A stretch of DNA of 64,000 nt, from assembly GCA_013824115.1 (NCBI GenBank), contig PNNG01000022.1, forward strand, positions 14,610 to 78,609. Reading direction: 5' to 3'. Positions 18,337 to 27,775 of the stretch are shown here, piece after piece (position 1 is the first letter of the stretch; each line of letters opens with the position of its first letter). A program made the position numbers and the translations under genes. Source of the DNA: Sphingobacteriaceae bacterium. Its GTDB lineage: Bacteria > Bacteroidota > Bacteroidia > UBA7662. Below the pieces are notes generated by a model. It worked only from the letters and a program-made list of their open reading frames with translations, searched no databases and had not been told where the DNA came from.

Positions 18337-21246
18337 CTAATCAAGCACCCACTCATCCACAAAAATATACGCGGGCTCACCTGCACTCAAATGCCAGGCA
18401 GGCAAAGGTCCCAAAGGTTCAGCCACCACACGCAAAGCTTTGAAGCTTTTTGCTTCTTTCAACTGCAGCAAAAGGGTTTGGGTTTGCACGGTATAATCGT
18501 CAGCTGGAACGCTGTTGTTCACCGTGCCCAGCAATTCGAAACGTTTGCCGTCGGTAGAACCGTAAAAGCTTACCCGGATGGGATACACAATCCAAGCACG
18601 GGTGTCTTGCAGGCAACGCAGGCCGAGTTGCGATACCCGAGTAGGCTGATCGAACTGCAGTTCGGCTTTCAAGGGCTGTCCAAAAAAACCCAACCAATCG
18701 CCCTTACGCCAGTTTTCGCTGCCGAGCAAGCCATCTATCAGGCTCGAAGCCCCGCTGGCACCATACTGGGGATGGGTAGGGGTGTTGAGCTGCACTTGGC
18801 GGTCGGTAGGCAAAACGTAATAAGCAGCGCTGATTTCGGCGCTGGCCTGTTTGCCGGCCAAATCGAAAGCCTGGGCGCGTACCAAACTGCTTTGTTTGAG
18901 TTCTATGGACTGGTTTTGCCAATTTTGCTGCAGTAGCGAAGCGGTACTGTCGGTACTCGCAATTACCAACACATTGGAATCCGTGGGGTGGAAGGCCCGT
19001 ACGGTCTGACTGCCTTTGAACACCCGGCCCCCTGCTTCAATCACCGGATTTACCACCAGGCGGTTTTCGGCGGCGTTGGGCCAAGCAGCAGCTGGCAGCG
19101 AAGTGCTGGCGTTGGTAGTGAGGGTGTACTGCCATTCACCACCTTGCAACAACTCGGCATACGACCAGCGTGTGAGATCTTTTTTCGCTTTGCCATTGGC
19201 GGTGAGCGCAACGGCGTAGATACTTCCTTTGGTGACCTTGCTGTTGATTTGCAGCGATTTACCGTTTTCAAATTTGATGCGTATTTGCTGCAAATGCGGC
19301 GCAAAACTCACAAAATGCGGATCTCCGGGCGCCACCTGGTACAAACCCATGCTGCTGAGCACGTACCAAGCACTCATTTGCCCGCAATCTTCGTTGCCAA
19401 TGAGGCCATCGGGGGCGTTGGTGTAAAAATGGCGGAGAATGCTGTCGACCAACACCTGGGTTTTGGCAGGCTTGTTCAAGGCCAGGTACAAAAAGGCCAT
19501 GTGGTGACTGGGCTCGTTGCCATGAGCATACTGACCAATCAAGCCGGTGATATCGGCCTGCTGCCTGCCGGTGGTGGCCGTGGGTGCAGCAAAAAGGGCA
19601 TCGAGCTGTTTTTCGAAGGCGGCAGGACCGCCATGCATCGCCATCAAGCCAGCCACATCGTGCGGCACAAAAAAGGCATATTGCCAGGCGTTTCCTTCTG
19701 TAAAGTGGTTATTCACCTCAAACGGATCGAAGGGCGACAACCAACCGCCATTTTGTTTGGGACGGAAAAAGCCAGTGGAAGGGTCAAAGAGGTTTTTCCA
19801 GTATTGCGCACGGGTATAGAAGTCGGCGGCCAGCTCGGTATCGCCCAGTTTTTCGGCCATGCGGGCAATGCACCAGTCGTCGTAAGCGTATTCAAGCTGT
19901 TTTGATACGTTTTCGTGCTCATCGTCGGCAGTGATCTGCCGGTTTTGCTGGTAGGCCGCCAAGCCCAGGTGTTGCAGCCGGGCGCTGTGCACCATGGCAG
20001 GCAGCAGCTCGCGGGCAGGCAGGCTGTCGATGTTCTTCAGCACGGCATCGGCAATCACACTCACGCTGTGGTAGCCAATCATGCAGTCGGTTTCGTTGCC
20101 GGCCAACTCCCAAACGGGTAACCGACCGCCTTGCTCGTACATCTTCAAAAAGGTGCGCAGGAAGTCGCGGGTGCGATTTTGGTCAATCAGCGTAAGCAGC
20201 GGGTGGTTGGCCCTAAAGGTATCCCACAACGAAAAAATGCTGTAGTGCTGGTAGCCCACTGCCGTGTGAATGCGGTTGTTCATGCCGCGGTAGCGACCAT
20301 CTACATCGCTCACCACATTGGGTTGCAGCTGCACATGGTAGAGGGCGGTGTAGAAATTCACCAGCTTGGTGGTATCGGGGTCGCTGACTTCAATCTTGGC
20401 CAGGGCCTGCTGCCACTGGGCTTTGGCTTCGCGCCGCACCCGGTCGAAATCCCAGTGTGGCACCTCTGCCTTCAGGTTTTTTTCGGCCCCGGCGGCATCG
20501 GTGAACGAAAGGCCTGTTTTAATGAGCAATGGTTTGCCTTTGGGCAGGCTGAAAGCCAGACTGATTTGTTTTCCGTCGGGACTCATGCGATGGATGAAGG
20601 GCGACGAGAACTGCATAAACGCATACACATGCTGCTCGGTAGCCCAGGCCTTGCTCACGCGGCGAATGCGCAAAGTCGTGTGGTTTACTACTTCAATGGC
20701 ATGATCGAGCAGCTCGTCGCGGTGGGTTTGGTCAATGACCACAAAAGCGCGCTGATCGGGGAAATGGTAGCGCTGCATGCCCACGCGGGTGCTGCTGGTT
20801 AGCTCCACACGAATGCCATTTTGCAGCTTCACTTGGTAATAGCCGGGGCTGGCCTTTTCGTCGGCATGTTTAAAGGCGGTACGGTAGGCAATGGGCTTAA
20901 ACATACCGCTTGCCAAAACGGGCATGGTATGGATGTCGCCATAATCGCTCACCCCCGTGCCGCTCAAATGGGTGTGGCTGAAACCGTATATGAGGCTGTC
21001 GCTGTAATGGTAGCCGCTGCAACCATCCCAACTGCCATCAATGCGCGTATCGGGCGACAACTGCACCAAACCAAAAGGCACCGTAGCCCCCGGGTAAGTG
21101 TGGCCATGACCGCCAGTGCCTATGAAGGGATTAACGTAGCGGGTGAAGTCGGGGGTTTGGGCAAAAGCAGGTGCAAAGGTTGAAGCAGCCACCAACAGTA
21201 AAACAAGCTGCCGCCAAGGCGCCGACACAAAGCGAATGTGATTCAT
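18337..21246 (-). CDS. GH92 alpha-mannosidase with C-terminal discoidin (F5/8 type C)-like domain
   Basis: NPFIGTGGHGHTYPGATVPFGLVQLSPDT is the classic GH92 N-terminus. Start moved to the ATG at 21246 (MNHIRFVSAPWRQLVLLLVAASTFAPAFAQ). The track start at 21354 adds a non-signal extension. Confidence 0.85.
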   Translation of the reverse strand: MNHIRFVSAPWRQLVLLLVAASTFAPAFAQTPDFTRYVNPFIGTGGHGHTYPGATVPFGLVQLSPDTRIDGSWDGCSGYHYSDSLIYGFSHTHLSGTGVSDYGDIHTMPVLASGMFKPIAYRTAFKHADEKASPGYYQVKLQNGIRVELTSSTRVGMQRYHFPDQRAFVVIDQTHRDELLDHAIEVVNHTTLRIRRVSKAWATEQHVYAFMQFSSPFIHRMSPDGKQISLAFSLPKGKPLLIKTGLSFTDAAGAEKNLKAEVPHWDFDRVRREAKAQWQQALAKIEVSDPDTTKLVNFYTALYHVQLQPNVVSDVDGRYRGMNNRIHTAVGYQHYSIFSLWDTFRANHPLLTLIDQNRTRDFLRTFLKMYEQGGRLPVWELAGNETDCMIGYHSVSVIADAVLKNIDSLPARELLPAMVHSARLQHLGLAAYQQNRQITADDEHENVSKQLEYAYDDWCIARMAEKLGDTELAADFYTRAQYWKNLFDPSTGFFRPKQNGGWLSPFDPFEVNNHFTEGNAWQYAFFVPHDVAGLMAMHGGPAAFEKQLDALFAAPTATTGRQQADITGLIGQYAHGNEPSHHMAFLYLALNKPAKTQVLVDSILRHFYTNAPDGLIGNEDCGQMSAWYVLSSMGLYQVAPGDPHFVSFAPHLQQIRIKFENGKSLQINSKVTKGSIYAVALTANGKAKKDLTRWSYAELLQGGEWQYTLTTNASTSLPAAAWPNAAENRLVVNPVIEAGGRVFKGSQTVRAFHPTDSNVLVIASTDSTASLLQQNWQNQSIELKQSSLVRAQAFDLAGKQASAEISAAYYVLPTDRQVQLNTPTHPQYGASGASSLIDGLLGSENWRKGDWLGFFGQPLKAELQFDQPTRVSQLGLRCLQDTRAWIVYPIRVSFYGSTDGKRFELLGTVNNSVPADDYTVQTQTLLLQLKEAKSFKALRVVAEPLGPLPAWHLSAGEPAYIFVDEWVLD

Positions 21247-21376
21247 AACAGGGTAGGGCAAAGGAGGTGGTAAAATACGTGATTTGCTGAGTTTTTTGCT
21301 CTGGCCCAAACAGGTCAATAAGGTGTAAAGTGTTTTTTCTTTTGTATGATGCATTTAATGCTTAGCATTGTCGCTT

Positions 21377-22033
21377 ATGTTTTTGAATAGATTTTCTCTT
21401 CTGGTTTTTTGCATGCTGTGCCCCCTGTTTTTAAATGCGCAAAAGGCCAAGGTAAGCGTGGTTTTTGCAACAGGAGTGTACCGGACCGTTCCTATTGTGT
21501 ATGCCGATGCCTTCAGCACCAACGAGGTACTGTCGTTGGCCAGGCCAGCAGCTGGTTTTGGGGTAGGTGCACAGTTACCGGTTTCAAAACTGAAGCGAAA
21601 TTGGCAATTGGGTGTGTCGGGACAAGCCACTTTTGGGTATATGCTGGGGCATGAGCAATTTCAGCATTTCCCCATCAGCAGCTTTAAATTTACCCGGCAT
21701 GTGGTGCAAGCGCCCGTGATACTCACTTTCAACAAACCGCTGTTCAAGAAAAAAGGAATGGCCTCCAAACATACTTTGGTGTTGGGTGCAGGTTTTCATG
21801 CCATTTATCACATTCGTCCCCTTGGTTTTGATCGGAGGCGCAAATCGCTACAAGAAGGAAATAACTTATTGGTCATGCCCGCTGCGCAGTTGGGCTACCG
21901 CTTGCGTTTGAACAGCGGTAGGTTGATTGAATTGAGCCTTTTCCAATCACTCGGCTCCGAAACCTTTGCCGACCGCCGCATCAACCGTTCGGGCAGCTCA
22001 CTCGCGTTTTCGGTGTATTTGAATGATAAGTAG
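21377..22033 (+). CDS. Hypothetical outer-membrane beta-barrel-like protein
   Basis: ATG at 21377 gives MFLNRFSLLVFCMLCPLFLNAQ (signal peptide). The track start at 21368 is TTG. Alternating strand pattern. Confidence 0.5.
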   Translation: MFLNRFSLLVFCMLCPLFLNAQKAKVSVVFATGVYRTVPIVYADAFSTNEVLSLARPAAGFGVGAQLPVSKLKRNWQLGVSGQATFGYMLGHEQFQHFPISSFKFTRHVVQAPVILTFNKPLFKKKGMASKHTLVLGAGFHAIYHIRPLGFDRRRKSLQEGNNLLVMPAAQLGYRLRLNSGRLIELSLFQSLGSETFADRRINRSGSSLAFSVYLNDK

Positions 22034-22287
22034 AGGGTTAAGTCAGGGGCAACCTAACAATGACCACTGGCTTTTGCCACGGTTCGATTCTTTTTTCAAG
22101 GGTTGCGTCTAAACTCTGTACTTTGGGTGCTGACGATAGCTCATGTGCAGTGGCCATCAATGCGCCAAATTCCCGCTCTGATAAAAGTACCACGGCTGGT
22201 TGCAATGCCCCGGCACCTTTGTGCCAACTACCCCGGTGGCGCCGTGAATGCTTATTGGCGGCATTCGGCTTGATTGGAGGGTAATCT

Positions 22288-22734
22288 TTACTGATTTGCC
22301 TCTACTTTGAATTGTTTCGGGTCTACTATAGGCAGCACCGCGCCATGTAAAAAAGTGCCTTTGAAGGCTGAAAACATGACCCCACGGGTAGTGGAAATAG
22401 ATATGCTGTTTAGGGTCACTGCCAATTCTTGTGGCAAGGTGTAAACGCCATCGGCACCTTTCAAAAGCAATTGTTCAAAATTGGCTATTTCAAAAATGCA
22501 ACTCACCGACAACGAACCCAATGGAATGGTTTGGTCTTCGTTGTGAATTTCTACATGTACTACGTCGTAAACTCTTTTTTGTACAGGTTCAATCCTTATT
22601 TCAATGTGGATGTTGAAATTGAAGCTGCTTACATTTTTCGAGGCAGGAGGAGGAAGATGTAACGCACTTTGAAGCAGTTCAATAGCCCTGAGTTGCATCT
22701 CTACATTCAGTTGTTTTGCTTGAATTTTAGCCAT
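22288..22734 (-). CDS. SecB-like chaperone candidate (third gene of a TAC-like module)
   Basis: 148 aa. By-eye alignment to recalled E. coli SecB: [29 protein letters not shown] vs [42 protein letters not shown] vs [45 protein letters not shown] vs [29 protein letters not shown]. Starts 1 nt after the antitoxin stop. Confidence 0.45.
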   Translation of the reverse strand: [148 protein letters not shown]

Positions 22735-22735
22735 A

Positions 22736-23191
22736 TTATGCTCGATAGTATGTTGGGTAGTAATTGATCCGTGAGTTAATTACAAGTGCATATCCGTTTG
22801 AAAAAGAACCACTATCTCCATAGGGAGTGTTCAATATAATCATGGGAGGTTCAGCAACAGCACTTATTGACAATGCCTGTGTGGCCGCGACTTGCTTCTG
22901 CCGACCAAACAAATCTGCCAATTCAACGCCTAAAGCAAATGCAATTTCAGTCAGCACATCCATGGTTAAATTTTGGGTGCCGCTGCACCATTTGGTCACT
23001 TCCGAAGGCTGTTTGCCCACAGCTTCAGCCAACTGTTTTTTCTTCCAGCCTTTCGCTTCCATCAAATCTTCGATGCGCGCCGCCAGTTCCATTTTGGCTT
23101 GGGTTTGTGCCATTTCCAAAGGAGTGATTTCAGCCATGAGCTCATCGAGGAGCGCGCTGTTGTGTTTTTTGGCTTGGGGTTGATTACTCAT
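22736..23191 (-). CDS. XRE-family HTH antitoxin candidate with a C-terminal extension of about 55 aa
   Basis: 151 aa. HTH region KKKQLAEAVGKQPSEVTKWCSGTQNLTMDVLTEIAFALGVELADLF. Tail ends in the aromatic, aggregation-prone YALVINSRINYYPTYYRA. 8-nt overlap with the upstream gene. Confidence 0.65.
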   Translation of the reverse strand: MSNQPQAKKHNSALLDELMAEITPLEMAQTQAKMELAARIEDLMEAKGWKKKQLAEAVGKQPSEVTKWCSGTQNLTMDVLTEIAFALGVELADLFGRQKQVAATQALSISAVAEPPMIILNTPYGDSGSFSNGYALVINSRINYYPTYYRA

Positions 23192-23693
23192 CTTCGTGTT
23201 TTTTTAGGTTTCCTTCTAAGCTTGTTCCGTCTTTTGACCACTTCAATTCACCTGACTTCAATTGTTCGAAAATTTCGATCGCGTAACTTTTAATTCTCTC
23301 TACCTCTTCGGCCAATTTTTCGTTGTCTTGCCATTTGATTACGGTTTTCGGTTTATGTCCACCGCCTCCAAGGATAATGGCAACATTGGAAAACCGAATA
23401 CAGTACAATCTTAAGTTCTTGGCTTCGTCGTCGTACAACGCACAAATACAGTTTCCATATCTATTGACAAAGTCTCGGTTCCCTTCATTTTTGAAAAAAA
23501 TCTCTCTTGCTCCAGTAGTATGGCCAATAACCCTTAAGCGCGCCGCTATTTCTTTAATTTCAACAGGGAAGGTCTGCTTATGTTCAACCACGAATTGTTC
23601 GAATAACGTTGCTGGTTCACCCTCTGGAAGAATCGAGTAAACTTTTGCTGCGTTGCCGCTAAACGTCTTTAATTCAACAATTTCGTAGTTCAC
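23184..23693 (-). CDS. Toxin candidate, distant Gp49/HigB (RelE-superfamily)-like motif arrangement
   Basis: 169 aa with a GTG start. NLRLYCIRFSNVAIILGGGGHKPKTVIKWQDNEKLAEEVERIKSY resembles the yRifyxx…ivLLxgfxKKtqktP…A core of Gp49-like toxins. Lies upstream of an HTH gene, as in HigBA. Confidence 0.4.
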   Translation of the reverse strand: MNYEIVELKTFSGNAAKVYSILPEGEPATLFEQFVVEHKQTFPVEIKEIAARLRVIGHTTGAREIFFKNEGNRDFVNRYGNCICALYDDEAKNLRLYCIRFSNVAIILGGGGHKPKTVIKWQDNEKLAEEVERIKSYAIEIFEQLKSGELKWSKDGTSLEGNLKKHEDE

Positions 23694-23730
23694 TGCATTA
23701 ACTCAGCTAATGGGTCAACGAATATAAAGT

Positions 23731-23738
23731 CAAATGTA
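23731..23738 (-). promoter_or_regulatory. Candidate Bacteroidota -7 promoter box (TACATTTG on the minus strand) for the three-gene island
   Basis: Plus-strand caaatgta equals minus-strand TACATTTG and fits TAnnTTTG. It sits 38-45 nt upstream of the GTG at 23693, in an AT-rich spacer. Confidence 0.3.
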
Positions 23739-23813
23739 TTTTACTTATAGGCAAAATTGGAATGCAAAAATACGAATTATAACCAAAATACAATCCCATT
23801 TGGTCAAATGAAA

Positions 23814-23829
23814 TTTACTTAAAAGTAAA
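23814..23829. promoter_or_regulatory. Perfect palindrome TTTACTT-AA-AAGTAAA, candidate operator
   Basis: 7-bp inverted arms seen directly, about 120 nt upstream of the island's first gene. Confidence 0.25.
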
Positions 23830-23865
23830 ATAGTTTAGCTTGTAAAGCTGACCAAGCCGTTTCCA

Positions 23866-26313
23866 TCAGCGTCCCAACACCCTCATATGCCACCACTTCC
23901 CGCTCCCCAACTCCCCCTTCACCACCACCTTCCTCCTCGGTCTTACATCCAAAAAATTGAAATCCAGGGGCGTTTCGGCATCCAGATACAGCTGGCTTAC
24001 CGCTCGGCGGGTGCGAACGGTTAGTTGGTCGCCTTGTTGAACGACACGCACCTTGGCGGCCGGCCAGTGCAACTCCTTGGGCGACAGGGGCGATAAAAAG
24101 CGGCCCGTAGGCGCGCCTTGCACTTGTACAAACAATACGGCCTTGCCGCTTTGCAGTTGTTTTTGCCAGCGATTAGGTAGGGGCAGGGCAGCGGTATGCC
24201 TGCCCGCCGCAAGCCGAATATTGAATCGCCTTCCGCCTTTGCGTAACCAACCGCCGGGTTTCCAAAGTTCGACCAGCAGGGTGGCCGTACTGTCGGTGGG
24301 CAAGTCGCCCAAAACGAGTACTTCAAGTCCGTATGAACTGCTGTGCAACACCGGTAAAATGGGCGCGTACAAATGCTGCAGGGCGTAATAACCGGCTTTG
24401 GGCCGACCGTAATAATCTACCACACTCCACGAAATGCCCGGCCAGGCATCGTTGAACTGCCAGGGCAGGGTTCCCATGCATTTTTCTTGCTGGCGGTGGG
24501 CTTCAATGGCTATTTGCAGGGCGCGGACTTGCAACAACTGGGTGGCATAGGCGTAAGCAGCCAGGCTATCGAACTTCCCGAAATCGCGCTCCAGGTAGGT
24601 GTTCAGGGTCTCAAAGCCGGTGGGGTGCTTTTGCTTGGTACGCAAGGCCTGACTTTGCAGGCCGGGACGATCTTCTCCCGTCATCTGCTGCAAACTGCGC
24701 CAAACGGGCAAGGCCTGCATGCCGTATTCCGATACAAAACGGCCGGTTTTTCGGCGGTATGTTTCGAGCGAATCACGTCCCCACCATACGCCCCAATAAT
24801 GCACATCGCCTTCCTGGTATGCCCGTTCGCGTCCCCAACCGTTGAGGGGCGACGAGTGGGAATAGGAGCGGTCGGGGTCGTATTGCCGCACCAAAGCCAG
24901 CAGCTCACGCTGAAACAGCTGTTGGTAGGCTTGTAATACAGCCAGACTGTCAGCAGGCGAGTGTCCGAGCTGTTTTTGCCAGCCCCAATTGAACCAGCCT
25001 TCGTAGTTTTCGTTATTGCCGCACCACAGGGCCAGGCTGGTGTAAGGGCGCAAACGCAATAACTGTTCGGTGGCTTCGCGCCGCACCGAGGCCACAAAAG
25101 CCGAATCGCCGGGGTACATGGCGCAGGCAAAGGCAAAATCTTGCCATACGAGCAAACCCAGCTGGTCGGCGCTTTCCATCAAAGCATCGCTGGCATAATC
25201 GCCTCCGCCCCAAACGCGGATGAGGTTCATGTGCGCCTTTTGTGCCAGCTGCAGCAGGTTGGAGTCGGGGAGGGCTAGGCTATCGTTAACCAAACGTGAA
25301 CGGGGAATGTAGTTGATGCCTTTGATAAAGAGGGGACGGTTATTCACCAGAATATAAAACGAGCGCCCAAAGTCGTCGGCTTCTTGCACCAGCTCTACCG
25401 TGCGGATACCCACCTTGTTTTCATATCGCTGCACCACCACATCGCCTTGTAGCAAATAGGCTTCCAAGCGGTGCAAAAAGGCTTCGCCCGAACCATTGGG
25501 CCACCAAAGTTTGGGGTGGGGGATGTATAAATCGACTTCGAGCAAGCTGTCGGTCGGTTCCAGATCGATGGCCTTGGTCACATAGCGTTGGCCATCGCCC
25601 AGCAACAACACCAATTGTCCGCCCGGCTGCGCCCCGTGCACCACCGTACTCACCCTCAACACGGCCACTGTATCCTCTAGCCGCATGGTACGGAAATGCC
25701 AGTGCTTGAGTTCGGTCTGCTGCTTCGTTTCCACCAGGCGCACTTCGCCGGTGATGCCACCAGCCAGCAACTTCGGGCCCCAGTCCCAACCAAAATGCCA
25801 GGCGGGCTTGCGCACAAAAACACGGTGGCTTTCGGGCAAGGCTTGTGGATATTGGCTGCGCAGCGAATCGTTGGTGGCTTGGATGGGCCGAATTTCAACT
25901 TGCAGCAAATTGCTTCCTGCACGGGTTGCTTTGCTGAGCAAAAATTGGTGGCTGTGGAAGGCGTTGCCCGTTCGGCCGAGCAATTGTCCGTTGAGGTAGA
26001 TGCGAGCGTCGGTGTCGATGCGATCGAAATGCAGGGCCAGCCCGCTATCGGCTAACTGATCGGCCGTCAGTTCAAAGCGGGAGTGGTACCACCACGACAG
26101 GGTGTCGGCCCATTGCCAGCGGGCTTCCAAGGCGGGATGGGTGTAGGGCGGTAGTTTGCCTGCCAGGGTGAGGCTTTCGTAGATGGTGCCGGGTACTTGG
26201 CCGTTGAAGGTATCGGGTAGGGAAGGACTGCTGAGCTGCCAATCCTTGATAATGGTTTGGGCGTCGGTTGTTTGGAACAAACCGAAGAGGAGGCAGCAGA
26301 GCAGGAGCTTCAT
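23866..26313 (-). CDS. GH2 beta-mannosidase
   Basis: 815 aa with a signal peptide (MKLLLCCLLFGLFQTTDAQ). GH2 beta-mannosidase-like regions (…NMIRVWGGGDYASD…, …WCGNNENYEGW…, …VSEYGMQALP…). Confidence 0.8.
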   Translation of the reverse strand: MKLLLCCLLFGLFQTTDAQTIIKDWQLSSPSLPDTFNGQVPGTIYESLTLAGKLPPYTHPALEARWQWADTLSWWYHSRFELTADQLADSGLALHFDRIDTDARIYLNGQLLGRTGNAFHSHQFLLSKATRAGSNLLQVEIRPIQATNDSLRSQYPQALPESHRVFVRKPAWHFGWDWGPKLLAGGITGEVRLVETKQQTELKHWHFRTMRLEDTVAVLRVSTVVHGAQPGGQLVLLLGDGQRYVTKAIDLEPTDSLLEVDLYIPHPKLWWPNGSGEAFLHRLEAYLLQGDVVVQRYENKVGIRTVELVQEADDFGRSFYILVNNRPLFIKGINYIPRSRLVNDSLALPDSNLLQLAQKAHMNLIRVWGGGDYASDALMESADQLGLLVWQDFAFACAMYPGDSAFVASVRREATEQLLRLRPYTSLALWCGNNENYEGWFNWGWQKQLGHSPADSLAVLQAYQQLFQRELLALVRQYDPDRSYSHSSPLNGWGRERAYQEGDVHYWGVWWGRDSLETYRRKTGRFVSEYGMQALPVWRSLQQMTGEDRPGLQSQALRTKQKHPTGFETLNTYLERDFGKFDSLAAYAYATQLLQVRALQIAIEAHRQQEKCMGTLPWQFNDAWPGISWSVVDYYGRPKAGYYALQHLYAPILPVLHSSSYGLEVLVLGDLPTDSTATLLVELWKPGGWLRKGGRRFNIRLAAGRHTAALPLPNRWQKQLQSGKAVLFVQVQGAPTGRFLSPLSPKELHWPAAKVRVVQQGDQLTVRTRRAVSQLYLDAETPLDFNFLDVRPRRKVVVKGELGSGKWWHMRVLGR

Positions 26314-26442
26314 TGGGCTAAAATACGGGAATTTTTACCGCAGAGACACGGAGGAGTTATTGGAGCATGAATGGCCGATTGCAGTGATTGAACCATTCGC
26401 ATCACGGAATAGCTCCCATTTGGTGCATGCAAAGGCTGCACG

Positions 26443-27485
26443 CAGGCCGCGCGTTTCGACTACGCTCAACGACCGGCAGAGGCTTTTGCCTAGGCCGCTA
26501 AAGCGGCTTGGCCGGAGAACGCGGAGGGTTGCTGCAGGAATTAAACCCCACGGATGGCAGGGGTTTGCAAGGCGGAGGGAGGGTGTATTTGATGCTGCTG
26601 ACCGAGCAGTTTGGAGTTTTATGGATGATCATTTCTTTAACGGCTCATAAAAGCCCCAGGGTGGCGGCATGTGTGTAGCACCAGGGTGCCCCCCAAATTT
26701 CAAAGAGCCCTGGAGGGGCGCCATGTGGGACCCTAACCAGGATGCATGTTGGGTTGTCCAAGATTTTTTAAATCCACCGACATCATTTGATCGCACATCG
26801 CACCCCTCCGGGGTGCAAAAAGGTAGGGTGTGTTTGCGGTTCTACACACATGTCGCCCCTCTGGGGCTCAGCGGCTAGGTTTTGTTTGAATGACACACAT
26901 GCCGCCCCTCCGGGGCTCAGCGGCTAGGTTTTGTTTGGTCACTAGCAGGCCGCGCGTTTCGACTACGCTCAACGACCGGCGGAGGTTTTTGGCCCACGCC
27001 GCAAAAGCGGCTTGGCCAGAGAACGCGGAGGGTTGTGGCGGGAATTTAACCCCACGGATGGCTGGGGTTTGCAACGCGGTGGGAGGATGTAATTGATTTT
27101 GCTTATCGAGCAGCGTGGTGTTTTTGGTCATTTCTTTAACGGCACGCAAATAGCCCCAGGGGGGCGGCATGTGCGTAGCATCAAGGTGCCCCCAAATTTC
27201 AAAGCGCCCTGGAGGGGCGCCATGTGGGACCCTAACCAGGATGCATGTTGGGTTGGTCAAGATTTTTTAAATCCACCGACATCATTTGATCGCACATCGC
27301 ACCCCGCTGGGGTGCAAAAAGGTAGGGTGTGTTTGCGGTGCTACGCAGATTCCACCCCTCCGGGGTTCAGCGGCTAAGTTTTGTTTAGATTACGCACATG
27401 TCGCCCTTCCAGGGCTCAGCGGCTAGGTTTTGTTTGGTCACTAGCAGGCCGCGCGTTTCGACTACGCTCAAGGACCGGCGGAGGC
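26443..27485. repeat. Tandem ~500-bp repeat: 2 full units (26443-26945, 26946-27444) plus the first ~40 bp of a third
   Basis: Unit starts caggccgcgcgtttcgactacgctcaa at 26443, 26946 and 27445 (periods 503 and 499). Copies are highly similar by eye, with substitutions and small indels. Each unit ends in two 49-bp subrepeats (cacacatgYcgcccctccggggctcagcggctaggttttgtttgaatga). Confidence 0.9.
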
Positions 27486-27592
27486 TATTCTGTCAGCATC
27501 CAAAGAAGTCCGCGGAGCTAAAAGCTTTGGTTTTGCTTGCCCCTGGCTGTGGAGGGATAAAAAAACATTTCGTACCTTTCGAAAAAAGCGCC

Positions 27593-27775
27593 ATGCTTAA
27601 TAAAGATTCCGTCATCAAAACTGTTCAGACTTTTCCGGATAAATTTTCGGTGGATGAATTGGTCGATAAAATGATACTGCTCGACAAGATTGAGAAGGGG
27701 ATTCAACAAGCCGAAAACAACGAGGTCGTTAGCGAAGAAGAGTTTGATAAAAAACTCGACGAATGGCTAAAATAG
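27593..27775 (+). CDS. Type II antitoxin candidate (60 aa)
   Basis: ATG at 27593: MLNKDSVIKTVQTFPDKFSVDELVDKMILLDKIEKGIQQAENNEVVSEEEFDKKLDEWLK. Overlaps the toxin gene by 13 nt. The longer track ORF (27398) starts inside repeat sequence. Confidence 0.6.
   Translation: MLNKDSVIKTVQTFPDKFSVDELVDKMILLDKIEKGIQQAENNEVVSEEEFDKKLDEWLK

Noticed and set aside
22060-22100. The tRNA-like T-loop string GGTTCGATTC beside the island, as a possible tRNA integration target.
   Set aside because: The flanking sequence cannot be folded into acceptor, D or anticodon arms, and there is no complementary T-stem.
22038-22287. A GC-normal spacer next to the low-GC island. It contains a minus-strand open frame (…SWHKGAGALQPAVVLLSEREFGALMATAHELSSAPKVQSLDATLEKRIEPWQKPVVIVRLPLT) and a plus-strand 74-aa track ORF.
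   Set aside because: There is no ATG and no convincing start (TTG gives 57 aa), and I recognise no motif. It might be a gene remnant marking the island's insertion site, but I cannot support a call without a database search.
26183-27377. Track ORFs inside the repeat region: 26183-26650, 26669-26878, 26868-27260, 26890-27096 and 27093-27377. Also 27398-27592 and 28185-28538.
   Set aside because: They are translations of repeat DNA. The two unit copies differ by a 1-nt indel that shifts the frame, so no protein is conserved between copies. The sequences are Pro/Gly/Arg-rich with no start context, and several overlap each other on both strands.
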